A stretch of 64,000 nt of DNA, from the NCBI RefSeq assembly GCF_037042905.1, contig NC_087245.1:11782001-11846000 (forward strand), given 5' to 3'. Below the pieces are notes generated by a model. That model had not been told where the DNA came from and made no database searches. It saw only the letters and a program-made list of their open reading frames with translations. Origin of the DNA: Lytechinus pictus. Lineage: Eukaryota. The translations under genes were made by a program, and so were the position numbers. This document shows positions 63,917-64,000 of the stretch, in pieces. The number at the start of each line of letters is the position of its first letter. Within the stretch, counting starts at the first letter, position 1.

Positions 63917-64000
63917 CTGAAATACACAGTCAAAAAGTGATAAACAGCTAGGCCTAGGCCTGTTCATGAAAAAATCAGACTCTTAAAATGGTGGAAAAAA

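Overview
Eukaryotic, AT-rich, repeat-dense DNA, very probably from a sea urchin (inferred from the profilin sequence and the repeat types). The only confidently identifiable host gene is profilin on the + strand. Its penultimate coding exon (3269-3452) and last coding exon (32067-32164) are joined by one 28.6-kb GT-AG intron, and the N-terminal exon lies upstream of the window. That intron is mostly nested non-autonomous transposons. They include Helentron-associated (HINE/DINE-1-like) elements whose tandem arrays carry perfect AGGTCA-A-AGGTCA (DR1) motifs, hAT-like elements with 8-bp or 6-bp TSDs, Kolobok-type TTAA elements, Harbinger-like MITEs, a 9-kb TA-flanked element without a transposase, a SINE and LINE fragments. 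Downstream lie a TE-poor putative long 3' UTR, more MITEs, a decayed CR1/L2-type LINE, a 710-bp (AGT)n tract and a 40/80-bp satellite. The window ends with a candidate minus-strand gene end made of an RTE-derived exon plus three tandem-duplicated in-phase exons. No prokaryotic-type system (CRISPR, operon) is present, and nearly all ORF-track entries are spurious. TE superfamily labels rest on termini and TSD rules only, and protein similarities are from recall; no database search was run.
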